Positions 9,508 through 18,535 of a stretch of 41,415 bases of DNA are shown here, piece by piece. This DNA comes from a virus (lineage: Duplodnaviria > Caudoviricetes). Below the pieces are notes generated by a model that searched no databases, was not told where the DNA came from, and worked only from the letters and a program-made list of their open reading frames with translations. The position numbers were made by a program, and so were the translations under genes. Every line of letters starts with the position of its first letter. The stretch's first letter is position 1. The stretch spans positions 1 through 41,415 of IMG/VR virus record IMGVR_UViG_3300046009_001609; one strand, written 5' to 3'.

Positions 9508-9660
9508 TTACTTCTTGGCCTTGGGCTTTGCGCCCTTGGCCTTGTCATGAGCTACCATCTTCTTGGCAGCCTTGACTTGGATGCCGAGCTTCTTTGCGAA
9601 GCCCGGATCATGCGCAGCGGCCCGCATAGTGCGGGCTTGCTTCTCTGAGGTGAAGGGCAT
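9508..9660 (-). CDS. Small Lys/Ala-rich basic protein, 50 aa (absent from ORF track)
   Basis: Hand translation MPFTSEKQARTMRAAAHDPGFAKKLGIQVKAAKKMVAHDKAKGAKPKAKK; TAATG coupling to the upstream ORF; fills the gap exactly. Confidence 0.85.
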   Translation of the reverse strand: MPFTSEKQARTMRAAAHDPGFAKKLGIQVKAAKKMVAHDKAKGAKPKAKK

Positions 9661-9851
9661 TACTTACCCTTGGCCATGCACTTGCCAGCAGCCTTGCATT
9701 TAGCAGGGGACTTGCAGCCGGGGCAGGGTTTGAACGAAGTGGACTTCTTGCCTTCGGCTTTTTCCATCTTCATGTACATCTTCTTGGAGCCAGCGGATTT
9801 CATCTCCTTGGCTTCTTCCTTCTTCGACTCTTTACCTTTAAAGGGCATCAT
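9660..9851 (-). CDS. Small Lys-rich protein with C-x2-C-x5-C-x5-C, 63 aa
   Basis: SD GGAG; 19 of 63 residues are Lys; four C-terminal Cys. Confidence 0.8.
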   Translation of the reverse strand: MMPFKGKESKKEEAKEMKSAGSKKMYMKMEKAEGKKSTSFKPCPGCKSPAKCKAAGKCMAKGK

Positions 9852-9863
9852 GGGATTCTCCGG

Positions 9864-10121
9864 TTAGCATTTCCAAGCACGCAGGCTCTTGTTGATTCGA
9901 CTGTTGGGGTCTTTGGCAGTTTTGGCACTGGTCAGCTTCTCCTTCATGCCTTCCATGCGGGCACAGAATGAGTCGCGTCGTGGGCCACCTTCGGGTTGAG
10001 GGGCCTTAAGCCCGGGCTTGCCGGGGTTCGCTTTGTTGTATGACGCACGCCCCTTGGCGTTGAGCCCGCCCTTTTCGGACTTGCCCTCCTTGCGTTGCCA
10101 TGCTGGTGTCTTAGCCATCAT
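9864..10121 (-). CDS. Small basic phage protein (DUF6321-like)
   Basis: AWQRKEGK..GGLNAKGRASY..RRDSFCARM..DPNSRINKSLRAWKC recognised from memory as a widespread phage family; ATGA overlap with the giant gene. Confidence 0.8.
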   Translation of the reverse strand: MMAKTPAWQRKEGKSEKGGLNAKGRASYNKANPGKPGLKAPQPEGGPRRDSFCARMEGMKEKLTSAKTAKDPNSRINKSLRAWKC

Positions 10122-13100
10122 TCTTCCTCGGTTTTACCGCCACGTACCTTGGCGATGCGTTCTTCCATACGTCGGACAAGCTCTTCCTCGCGTTCAAAGA
10201 ACTCATCCCAGTCAGGAGTTTCCAGACGCTCCATCTTACGCTTAAGTTTGCCGATCTCGGTTTTGTACTCGCGCTCGATGGCAGCCGCTGCCCGGTCTTG
10301 TTGGTCAAGTGCACCCTGCACGTTGAAGTCGTACAGACGCAGACCAGCTGTGCGGGCCATGTACAGGCTGCTGTAGTTCTCGCTGCGACCCTCTGTGACT
10401 GTGAATGCCTCTTGAGCCTTTGCGAGCTCGCGTGCGTTCAAGAACGGCAAGTTGGGCGCGAACAGACTCTGGCCATAGGCCAGTCGGTCGCTGAGCTTTT
10501 CCCAGTCGTCAGCTGTTGGAGGCGACAAAGACTTGCCAGTGTATGGGTCAACACCGCCGATCAGAGAGATGGCAGACGAGATGAACGGGCCACCGGGTGT
10601 TACAAACGATGGCCACCAGCTAAGACCCAAGAACGCGTTGGGGATGCGGTCACCGAAGCTGCTTGGCGTGATGTACTTGCCGAGGTCGTAGTACACAGGA
10701 TTCTCAGAGTCACCCATGAACGGCACGCGGATGTGCGTGTGTGGACCCATACCAAACAGAAGGCGGTTGCGAGCCCACTCTGGGCCAGATTCGCGTAGCT
10801 CATCATCGTCATCGCCTGTGATCGCTTGTGTCAGGCCGTCGAGAATCCAGAGGCCAGCGTACAGGTTGACCAGCTTCCATGGCTTGTGAACAGCGACGTT
10901 GCCGATCATCTTTGCTGCAGCATATGGCCACGAGATGAATGGGAACGCGGTCTGGCGCATGATGCGGATGGCCTTGGAGTCGATGTCGTAGTCCAAGAAA
11001 GCAAAGCGTGCATGGTCACCAGCGCGGCGGTAGGCTTCGCCGTCGATGGGTTTGCCAGCCTGCGACTGCTGGCCGAGGTTGTTGAGCATCGAGGCAACAC
11101 GGAAGATGTTGTCCTGCATCGAGTACCAGTCGCCGAGAAGCTGGTCTGCGCGTTCTACGGCGTCAGAGCCCTTGCCAGCGTACTTCTTGATGGCTTCGAT
11201 ACGGTCTTTTTCCAGCTTGGCAAACTGCATGATGCGCTCTGCAACGCCCTGCTCTTTGTCGCCAATGGTGCTGCGCATAGAGTCGTAGATCGACTGCTTC
11301 AGTTCAGTAGACGAGAAGTCGCCAAGCAAGGCGTTCGTCTTCATGATCTCCAGCATCAACTGTTGCTGCTCGCGTGTCAAGGAAATGCCGAGCTTCGAGG
11401 CCATGGCAGGTGGCAACATGTAGCCGACATACAGCTTGGTGGCGTAACCAATCGTGGGCAACGGAATGTCGTCCATCATGGCCATCGTAAAGTTGGACGC
11501 GACGTTGGTACCCCATGTTGCAGGGTTGTAGATCGTCTTGGCCTTCTTGAACCAGCGCATGGTGCCGTTATACATGGCAGAGTTGACCAGCGGCCTGCGG
11601 TCGCTCATGTCTTCGATGGCGCTCCACACAGACCCGTTGACGATCTTGCCAGCCAGTGCGCCGTATGTTGGAGTGGGTGGAAGTTGCACCCACTGGTTAC
11701 GGTTGCGGTACAGACCCTTGACAGTCTCAGACTTGGCCTCGTCTGCAGACAACTTCACGATTTGGTTCTGCTTGACACGGGTTGTCCAAGATGCAGCTTC
11801 GGTGTTAGGCACAAACTTGTCGCCCTTGTACTCACCGTTGAGCATGGCGTTCAGATCGTCGAGCGTGTTGAACGCGACAGCATTGGGAGTCTTGGCTTCG
11901 TACGCAGCAAGAGCTTCGGTGAGTCGGTTGGCCGAGTAGCTATTGGCCAGAATAGCCATCGTGTTTTGCAAAGCGTGGCCGAGGTCATGACCTTTCTTCA
12001 CCAACAGAGCTTGCTTGGCGTCCAGACGGGCGGTGAACTTGTAGCCGCCTTTGTCCTTCTCTTGCACGTCCCACAGGTAGTTACGGTCGGGGATAAGCTG
12101 CACGCCTTCGGCATTTACCATGGGCTTGCCGTCTGTCGTCAGTTTGGCAGACGAGATGAACTCATCGGGCTTCAACTCTGCAAGAATCTGAGAGGCTTCA
12201 GCGGCTGTGGTTGCGTTGTCCAGACGTTTCTTCAGCGCAGGCGTGAGCAAGTACATGCCGACAAACTTGTCGTCCAAAATAGCGTCGCCGTTGGCGTCAG
12301 TGCGGAATGTGATGGCATCAGCGGTAACTTCGTTCTTAGTGCGCGAAGAGATGAGCTGGCTGATGTTGCGCACACCGAACGAAGCGCTGGCGAGTTTGTC
12401 TACGCTTTCAGCAAACGCAAGACCTTGGGAGAACTTAACGCCGCCCGACCAGCTGCCGTTTTCGGCCTCTATGCCAGCGTAAGCATCGCGCTGCTTCGGA
12501 TCGCGCAGGGCACGTGCGTATTCCCACCACTTGGTGATGGTTGCGTCAGCAAGGTCTTTCATCTGCGCGTCTTTGTTGGGGAACACGGGCGCTGGTCCTT
12601 GCTTGCGCAGGTTGGCCAGTTTGGCGTCCATGTATTCCAGCACAGCGACAGATTCCTGCGGGGGCAGACTGGTGAAGTACTGCGCGATCTGGTTGTAGAT
12701 CATCGAGCCGCCACGCTTGTCGTCTTTGGCACGGATCAGCGCATCGCGCACACCAGACTGCAGACCGAAGTGCGAGTTGACCCACGACGCGACTTTAGCC
12801 GCACCGGGGTGGTTCTTCTGGATGTAGTCGGAAACCTTGCGTGCGTTGCCTTCAACTTTGCCGGGGACTTTCGCCCAGCCAAACATGTCGAAGAGAAACT
12901 TAGACGAGATTTGCTCTGGCAGCAGCGTGGTGCTGAGCTTCTTGTACTGCTCAGATGTCAGCGGGTTCTGAAACTGCTGGTTGATCGCGTCAGCTTCTTT
13001 GCTGGGTATAGCAGTGCCAGTTTCTACAGGCGTTTTACCGTAGGACGTGACTTCAGCCTTGAGGATGTTACCGGACGTTGGGTCGAACGTGCCACGATTG

Positions 13101-16100
13101 CCGATAGATGACTTAATTTGCGCTGGCTCTTTAAGTACAACCCAGATGCCGTCACCCATATTCACACCATCGTAGCCTTGGGCACGCAGCGTATCAAAAA
13201 AGTCACCTTGCGCTTTCTTGTAGTTCTCTTTATTGATCCTTGCCATGTCTGCAGGTGTCATCGTGTATGGGTTTTCTACGCGCAAAAACGCAGGAATAAC
13301 ACGTGATGCAGTGTTAACCTCGACTGGCCTGCCGCCTTCCCACTTAAACCCAATGCTGTCATTCTCTACAGCGTACTGGGACGCCGCTTTAGGGTCGTCC
13401 GTAAACCACACACCGTTTCTTGGCACCTTGAATGCGGTGAAGTCCTTGTCCTTGGATGTGCCGGTGTAAACGACCTTTGCTTTGCCGCCCTTTTCTATAA
13501 CTTTGCTGTCGCCGAACCAGCGCTTAAATGCGTCAGTTGTTGTGTCGATAGCTGCCTGCAGTACATTGCCTTTTTTCGGCGCTGTTTCCTGCGTGGCTGC
13601 GCGTGCAGCTTCAAGCAACTGGAACGTGTTCTCCATGACGTCAGAAGCCACAGACTGTTTAGCACCGAGCATACGGCGCACCAGTGCGTAGATCGCGTCC
13701 ATGACGTCGTTGGCAAACTTGACGAAGGTGCGAGGAGCGTCGCTCTCCATACCTTGCAGTGCGCGTCGGAAGTCGTTAAGGGTATTCCCGTAGGACACGA
13801 GTTCGAGCACAGCGTCGAGTTCGGCAGTCTTGCTCTTACCAGCAAGTGTCTTCTTCAGCACCGCCTGCGCATCAGCAGCCTTGGGCGGCAGCTTGCCGTC
13901 GTAATTCACCACGCGCTGAAGCGCGGCTTTGAGTGCAACCACTTGAGCAGCGTTAGGGTTGGTGTACACAAACCACTGTAAGGCACCGTGCAATGCCTCG
14001 TGCAGCGCAACTTCTTTGCTGCTGGTCTCGTTGATCGTGATGGTGTTGGTCTTGGGGTCGTACTCTGCTATGCCGTCTTTGACGAACTTGATGTTGATCG
14101 GAGCTTTGCCAGCCACAGCCAACTTGATGGCTTGTGCAAGAGTTTTCTCAAACGGTGTGCCGACGGTGCGGATGTAGTTCAGGATGCCATTGAGACCCTT
14201 CTGAGCCTCGCCCTTACCCATGACCTTGTAGCCTTCTGTGGCTGCGTCAACCAACTGTGGCGTGACCCCGCGAGCGGTGGCTTCGCGTGACTGACGAACT
14301 TCTGCGCCGGTAGTGGCCAGCAAGTCAGGTTCACCCATGAAAGATTCGCTCTTGGCCGCAGTCCATGCACGAGACAACGTAATGTCAGCTTGTACAGTCT
14401 TGGCGTCGCCTTTCTTTTCCTTCTGTGCACGATCCTTGACAAACCGCACAATAGCCTCGACGTCCTTGGCGTTGCCCTCTACGGCCTCACCCAACTTAGC
14501 CAGCGCCTGCTGGACAGCGGCAGCGTTTGCTCTGAGTTGAGTAGCTCTACCAGCAACAACATCGTCGGCGGTCTGGCCACGTTTAACCACTTCACCGGAC
14601 CGTACAAGGTTCTGGCTGGCGTAGGTCTCGTATGCAGCAGCAAACTCGCGTGCAGCATCAGCAATACGTTTGGCCTTGGCACCGTACTTCTCAGTAGCGG
14701 CTGCGTCTTTCTCGACCGACTTGGCCTTGCGCACCACGACAGCTTTGCCGGGATTCAAGATAGCGTTGCGAATTGCAGCATACACCTGCGTAGGCAGCGA
14801 TGGCTTGCCCGGAGCTTTCTTGGTATCGCCTGTCACAGAAGCAAACAACTTGTCGGCCTTGTCGTCTTCAGCCTCAACAGCCTTCAATACACGGTCGATC
14901 TCGTTGTCTTCCTTGATGGCTTCGGAGACGTTCTTGGGTGCCGTGTCTTCTACGACTGGGGCTGCGGGGGTAACTGGTGTTTTCTTTCGCTGCGTTTTTG
15001 CTTCGACGGTTTGAGAGGCTTGAGTGCCACTGGGTGCTCCGGTAGTTACGGGGGTAGAAGAAACGCCTGCTGCAACCGGTGCAGCAGGCAAAGCGGCGGC
15101 AACTGCAGTTGGAGCGCCGACAGGAGTAACGGGTTCAGCAGGGCGCTCAGAAAGCAAACTGCTGGGGGCAGGTGTGGGGGCTGGACCGGGACGATCCATG
15201 CGGATATTGCTGAACGGAGCAGGTTGCTGTGGCAACAGCGCAGTGCGCTCAACAGGCTGAAACTCTTGAGTCTCAACAGGCTGCATGACGTTGGGGTCCA
15301 TGATGCGGCGGTAGTCCGCGACCGTACCAGCACCAGCGACCATGCCGGGGAGTTGCTGTGTGCCAGCACCAGCTTGCTGCGCAGCGATAAACGGCGCTTC
15401 TTGGGCGGTCAAGTCTTGTTCCAAGCCGGACACGATGGGTTGCGCCAACTCACCAGCTTCTTGTGCACGTAGGATTTGGTCACCACGCTGGCCAACCATG
15501 CGCTGGTACTGCTCACCCACTTGGCCAATACGACCAGCGGCCTCTTGCTGTTGCTGCATGAGGTCCATGAACTGCTGACCAGCGCGTTGCGCTGCAAGCG
15601 TGGACGACAGAAACTGCGTAGCTTCTGCCTCTGACATTGGGCGACCAGCAGCTGCGCGAGCTTCAATCTCTGCGTAGGGGTCAAAGTCGGCAAGGGTACG
15701 TGCGGCAGAGATGATTGGAGAAGCCGGGGCTTCTTCCACAACTGGTGCTTCTGCTGCAGGGGTCTCTTGCACGGGAGCTGTGTCTGGCTGCGTGAGGTCT
15801 GTTTCCGCCTGTGGCGTGCGCTCCATGCGAGCCAATGCGATAGGTGCGGCGACACCAGCGCCCATGACACCGCCAAGCAGCGCGGAGCCAGCGACGCCAG
15901 CCATAGGGTCGATTGCCGGGTTGTACTCCTGCGCAGCAGCGCGGCCAGAGTAAGTCGTTGCACCTTCTTCGCCAGCCTCTGTGAGGAACTCGCCGCCCAC
16001 CTTGCGACCGACTCCGCGCATACCGCGAACAGGAGAGACAAGGGCGCTCTCAGCACCAACGACACCGGATACGGCTCCGATGGCTGCAGGGACAACGCTG

Positions 16101-16810
16101 GCGCGACGCGCTGCACGTGTGGCCAATTCTTCGTAGATAGCGGCTTCGTCTGTGACGCCGGAGTTGATGAGTTCTTGTGCCTGTGGGTGCGCCAACAGCA
16201 CCTCACGAGGGGTGTTCATAACAAGCTCATAGGCTGAGCCAGCAGCGTCACCACCAGCAGCTGCGCCAGAGACGACGGAGCCAGTAGCTAGACCAGTGCG
16301 AGCTGCGCCCTTTGCACCAAGGCCAAGGCCAGTTGCTGCCGCTTGCGCTCCGCGAATAGGCAGACCGATGGGTGCAAATGAGCCAGCGGCTTGGCCGAAC
16401 GCCAGCAGAGGGTTCTCAGTCACATAGTCGTAAACTGCACGTGCCTGTGGGCCGAACTCACTGGACTCCAATCCACGAGCAAGGTTGCGCTTCGCCAATT
16501 GCGTAGGCACTGTCTGACGCGCTTCACCGGGCTCAACGATGTTCTCTTGGATGGCGCGGCTAAACCGGTTGCCGGGGGAGACAAACTCGCTTGCGCTACC
16601 CACAAGGCCAGCGGCGGCATTGGCAGCTTCGATGACCACGTCCTGTGCACCACCAAAGAACCCGCTGGAGGTATCTTTGGTGATGCCGAACTGGGCAGCA
16701 ACTTGCTCGTACGGGACTCCTGAAGCGCTGGCCAGCCTTTCGACGATCTGGTTTTCACTAAGTCCCTGTGCGCTTGGGAACCGTTTGCGGATTTCGTCGA
16801 AGTTGTACAT
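10118..16810 (-). CDS. Giant polyvalent internal virion/ejection protein, 2230 aa, with zincin metallopeptidase and ART-like domains
   Basis: Last of three internal-protein-like genes. Gly/Ala-rich hydrophobic N-terminus; HEALH at 13988-14002; FKRWFGDSKV..VVYTGT..GVWFT..GYDGV..QIKSSIGNRGTF at about 13075-13550; helical C-terminal region. Confidence 0.85.
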   Translation of the reverse strand: MYNFDEIRKRFPSAQGLSENQIVERLASASGVPYEQVAAQFGITKDTSSGFFGGAQDVVIEAANAAAGLVGSASEFVSPGNRFSRAIQENIVEPGEARQTVPTQLAKRNLARGLESSEFGPQARAVYDYVTENPLLAFGQAAGSFAPIGLPIRGAQAAATGLGLGAKGAARTGLATGSVVSGAAAGGDAAGSAYELVMNTPREVLLAHPQAQELINSGVTDEAAIYEELATRAARRASVVPAAIGAVSGVVGAESALVSPVRGMRGVGRKVGGEFLTEAGEEGATTYSGRAAAQEYNPAIDPMAGVAGSALLGGVMGAGVAAPIALARMERTPQAETDLTQPDTAPVQETPAAEAPVVEEAPASPIISAARTLADFDPYAEIEARAAAGRPMSEAEATQFLSSTLAAQRAGQQFMDLMQQQQEAAGRIGQVGEQYQRMVGQRGDQILRAQEAGELAQPIVSGLEQDLTAQEAPFIAAQQAGAGTQQLPGMVAGAGTVADYRRIMDPNVMQPVETQEFQPVERTALLPQQPAPFSNIRMDRPGPAPTPAPSSLLSERPAEPVTPVGAPTAVAAALPAAPVAAGVSSTPVTTGAPSGTQASQTVEAKTQRKKTPVTPAAPVVEDTAPKNVSEAIKEDNEIDRVLKAVEAEDDKADKLFASVTGDTKKAPGKPSLPTQVYAAIRNAILNPGKAVVVRKAKSVEKDAAATEKYGAKAKRIADAAREFAAAYETYASQNLVRSGEVVKRGQTADDVVAGRATQLRANAAAVQQALAKLGEAVEGNAKDVEAIVRFVKDRAQKEKKGDAKTVQADITLSRAWTAAKSESFMGEPDLLATTGAEVRQSREATARGVTPQLVDAATEGYKVMGKGEAQKGLNGILNYIRTVGTPFEKTLAQAIKLAVAGKAPINIKFVKDGIAEYDPKTNTITINETSSKEVALHEALHGALQWFVYTNPNAAQVVALKAALQRVVNYDGKLPPKAADAQAVLKKTLAGKSKTAELDAVLELVSYGNTLNDFRRALQGMESDAPRTFVKFANDVMDAIYALVRRMLGAKQSVASDVMENTFQLLEAARAATQETAPKKGNVLQAAIDTTTDAFKRWFGDSKVIEKGGKAKVVYTGTSKDKDFTAFKVPRNGVWFTDDPKAASQYAVENDSIGFKWEGGRPVEVNTASRVIPAFLRVENPYTMTPADMARINKENYKKAQGDFFDTLRAQGYDGVNMGDGIWVVLKEPAQIKSSIGNRGTFDPTSGNILKAEVTSYGKTPVETGTAIPSKEADAINQQFQNPLTSEQYKKLSTTLLPEQISSKFLFDMFGWAKVPGKVEGNARKVSDYIQKNHPGAAKVASWVNSHFGLQSGVRDALIRAKDDKRGGSMIYNQIAQYFTSLPPQESVAVLEYMDAKLANLRKQGPAPVFPNKDAQMKDLADATITKWWEYARALRDPKQRDAYAGIEAENGSWSGGVKFSQGLAFAESVDKLASASFGVRNISQLISSRTKNEVTADAITFRTDANGDAILDDKFVGMYLLTPALKKRLDNATTAAEASQILAELKPDEFISSAKLTTDGKPMVNAEGVQLIPDRNYLWDVQEKDKGGYKFTARLDAKQALLVKKGHDLGHALQNTMAILANSYSANRLTEALAAYEAKTPNAVAFNTLDDLNAMLNGEYKGDKFVPNTEAASWTTRVKQNQIVKLSADEAKSETVKGLYRNRNQWVQLPPTPTYGALAGKIVNGSVWSAIEDMSDRRPLVNSAMYNGTMRWFKKAKTIYNPATWGTNVASNFTMAMMDDIPLPTIGYATKLYVGYMLPPAMASKLGISLTREQQQLMLEIMKTNALLGDFSSTELKQSIYDSMRSTIGDKEQGVAERIMQFAKLEKDRIEAIKKYAGKGSDAVERADQLLGDWYSMQDNIFRVASMLNNLGQQSQAGKPIDGEAYRRAGDHARFAFLDYDIDSKAIRIMRQTAFPFISWPYAAAKMIGNVAVHKPWKLVNLYAGLWILDGLTQAITGDDDDELRESGPEWARNRLLFGMGPHTHIRVPFMGDSENPVYYDLGKYITPSSFGDRIPNAFLGLSWWPSFVTPGGPFISSAISLIGGVDPYTGKSLSPPTADDWEKLSDRLAYGQSLFAPNLPFLNARELAKAQEAFTVTEGRSENYSSLYMARTAGLRLYDFNVQGALDQQDRAAAAIEREYKTEIGKLKRKMERLETPDWDEFFEREEELVRRMEERIAKVRGGKTEEE

Positions 16811-16829
16811 GCGCTACCTTTGCGTGGTT

Positions 16830-18533
16830 TTACCGGATCAACCCCAACTGTACTGCTCTGGCGCGGTCAGTCGCTGTCAACGGTTCGTTCCGTGCAATTT
16901 TAGCCTGCAAATAACGAGTTGCGGCAGCTTGTGTGCCAACAGCGCCTTCTACAGCGGAAGCGGCTGCAGGGATAGCGGTCGAAGCGATTGAAGGCGCACC
17001 AGCAGGAGCAACTGGCAGTGGGCGACCACGTGCGTCTACATATGGGTTCCGCTCTACAGGGGCGTTCCGTGCTGGCGCAGGCTGCGTACTTAGTCCTGTC
17101 GATGGCCGTGCAGCGGCGGCAGGTTGAGCAAACGGATCACTCCCACCCAAAACCGCGTCCAGACTGGCTCTTGCAGCTGCTGGGGTACCCGGTGCTGGGG
17201 GTGTACCGCGAACTTTATCGATAGCTTCGTCAAGTGTGTATACCTTGCCAGTGTCCGGGTTCTTTTGGCGCGTGCTGACGTATTTCTCAGCACGGCTAGT
17301 GACTTCAGCCTCGGTAAGCGCGGGGCGCTCAGCGCGGGGTGCAGCACCGACAGGCACTTGTTTTGTGGCACCGGCAACGATAGCGTTACGCTGCATGAGC
17401 AAACCACGGCCTATTGGTCCGTTCATCTCAGTTGGCGTAAGCGCTTCGATCTGTTGGTCGATAGCGTCAAGTTTCGTCAGTGTAGCGGAGTCTTTCGCAA
17501 GACCTTTTGCGCGAGTTGCGTTAAGGTTCGCTGTAGAGTCACTCGCCCGTATAGCAGCATCAGCTTTCTTCTGGTCAAGATCAAACTTGGCCAATTCAAG
17601 AAACCCACCGGGCTTGGCCTTGGCGTCAATAATCATGCCCAGCTCGCGCTCGTTCTTGGCGTCTGCAAACAAGGTGCGGCTACCGTCGGTATTAACCTGA
17701 ATGACGCGGAACGGGTTCTTAGGGTCGCGCTCCAGCTTGAACGAAGTGTTCTGCTCGTCAAACCACTCCAGCGCAGGGATCACACCCTTGGCACGAGACT
17801 GGCGAAAGCCCTCGTCGAACTTCTTGGCTTGCAACGAAATGTCGTTGAGCTCGTTCTGGCTATAGCTTGCACGCAACTGTGCAGCGGCCTGTGGGCCTTG
17901 GAGCTCTTCGACCAAACTGAGGACGGCTTGAGTACGCATCTCAGGCTTCTCAAAAGTCTGTGAGTTAATGTCAGCAAGTCTGAGGTCAAGCGCCGCCTGC
18001 AAGTTCTGCTTGCGCTGAATGTCAGTGAGCTGGGCACCTGTGAGCAAACCTTGCTGCTGCGCAGCAGCTTGCGCTGTGTCGAACGCCTTTACATCACGGG
18101 CTTCGCGAGCAATGGCTCGCTGCTGGTCGAAAGCACGGGCTTCCAACTCATCGGCTTTGGCCACATCACCATACTGACGATACACACCGGCAAGACCTTC
18201 GGCACGCAGCGGGGCAGCCGCTTGGCGGGCTTCTTGGCGAGTGGCAAAGTCGGTGGGGCCGCTGGCCACAGAGTAGTCAGGCGCAGTGAGACCTTGACGG
18301 CGGGTCAATTCGCCGATGGCTTGGTCGTACGCAGCAGCCTGTGCCGGGTCTCGTTCCCGCAGAACTTGAAGTTGCTGGATGTTCTCCTGCAAGCCGGGGC
18401 CATATGCGCCCTCAGTGACGCCGTATTTGCCAGCCTCTTGAGCTAGGCTGCGCTTGAGGGCATCCTCTTCGCGCATCTTGATACCGCGCTCGACCGCTTG
18501 TTGGCCAGCTTGAAAACCTGATGCGAATCCCAT
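16830..18533 (-). CDS. Putative internal virion/ejection protein, 567 aa
   Basis: MGFASGFQAG start, Ala/Gln-rich helical composition, position between the small and giant internal proteins. Confidence 0.7.
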   Translation of the reverse strand: MGFASGFQAGQQAVERGIKMREEDALKRSLAQEAGKYGVTEGAYGPGLQENIQQLQVLRERDPAQAAAYDQAIGELTRRQGLTAPDYSVASGPTDFATRQEARQAAAPLRAEGLAGVYRQYGDVAKADELEARAFDQQRAIAREARDVKAFDTAQAAAQQQGLLTGAQLTDIQRKQNLQAALDLRLADINSQTFEKPEMRTQAVLSLVEELQGPQAAAQLRASYSQNELNDISLQAKKFDEGFRQSRAKGVIPALEWFDEQNTSFKLERDPKNPFRVIQVNTDGSRTLFADAKNERELGMIIDAKAKPGGFLELAKFDLDQKKADAAIRASDSTANLNATRAKGLAKDSATLTKLDAIDQQIEALTPTEMNGPIGRGLLMQRNAIVAGATKQVPVGAAPRAERPALTEAEVTSRAEKYVSTRQKNPDTGKVYTLDEAIDKVRGTPPAPGTPAAARASLDAVLGGSDPFAQPAAAARPSTGLSTQPAPARNAPVERNPYVDARGRPLPVAPAGAPSIASTAIPAAASAVEGAVGTQAAATRYLQAKIARNEPLTATDRARAVQLGLIR

Positions 18534-18535
18534 GA

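Noticed and set aside
10826-13111. 761-aa + strand ORF, and other long antisense ORFs such as 36973-38598, 33435-34610 and 14390-15472
   Set aside because: They lie antisense to well-supported genes, show no recognisable motifs, and are expected shadows of GC-rich codon bias.
10118-16810. Giant ORF as a tape-measure protein or virion RNA polymerase
   Set aside because: No tail tube, sheath or frameshifted chaperone genes are present and I saw no RNA polymerase motifs; context fits an ejection protein.
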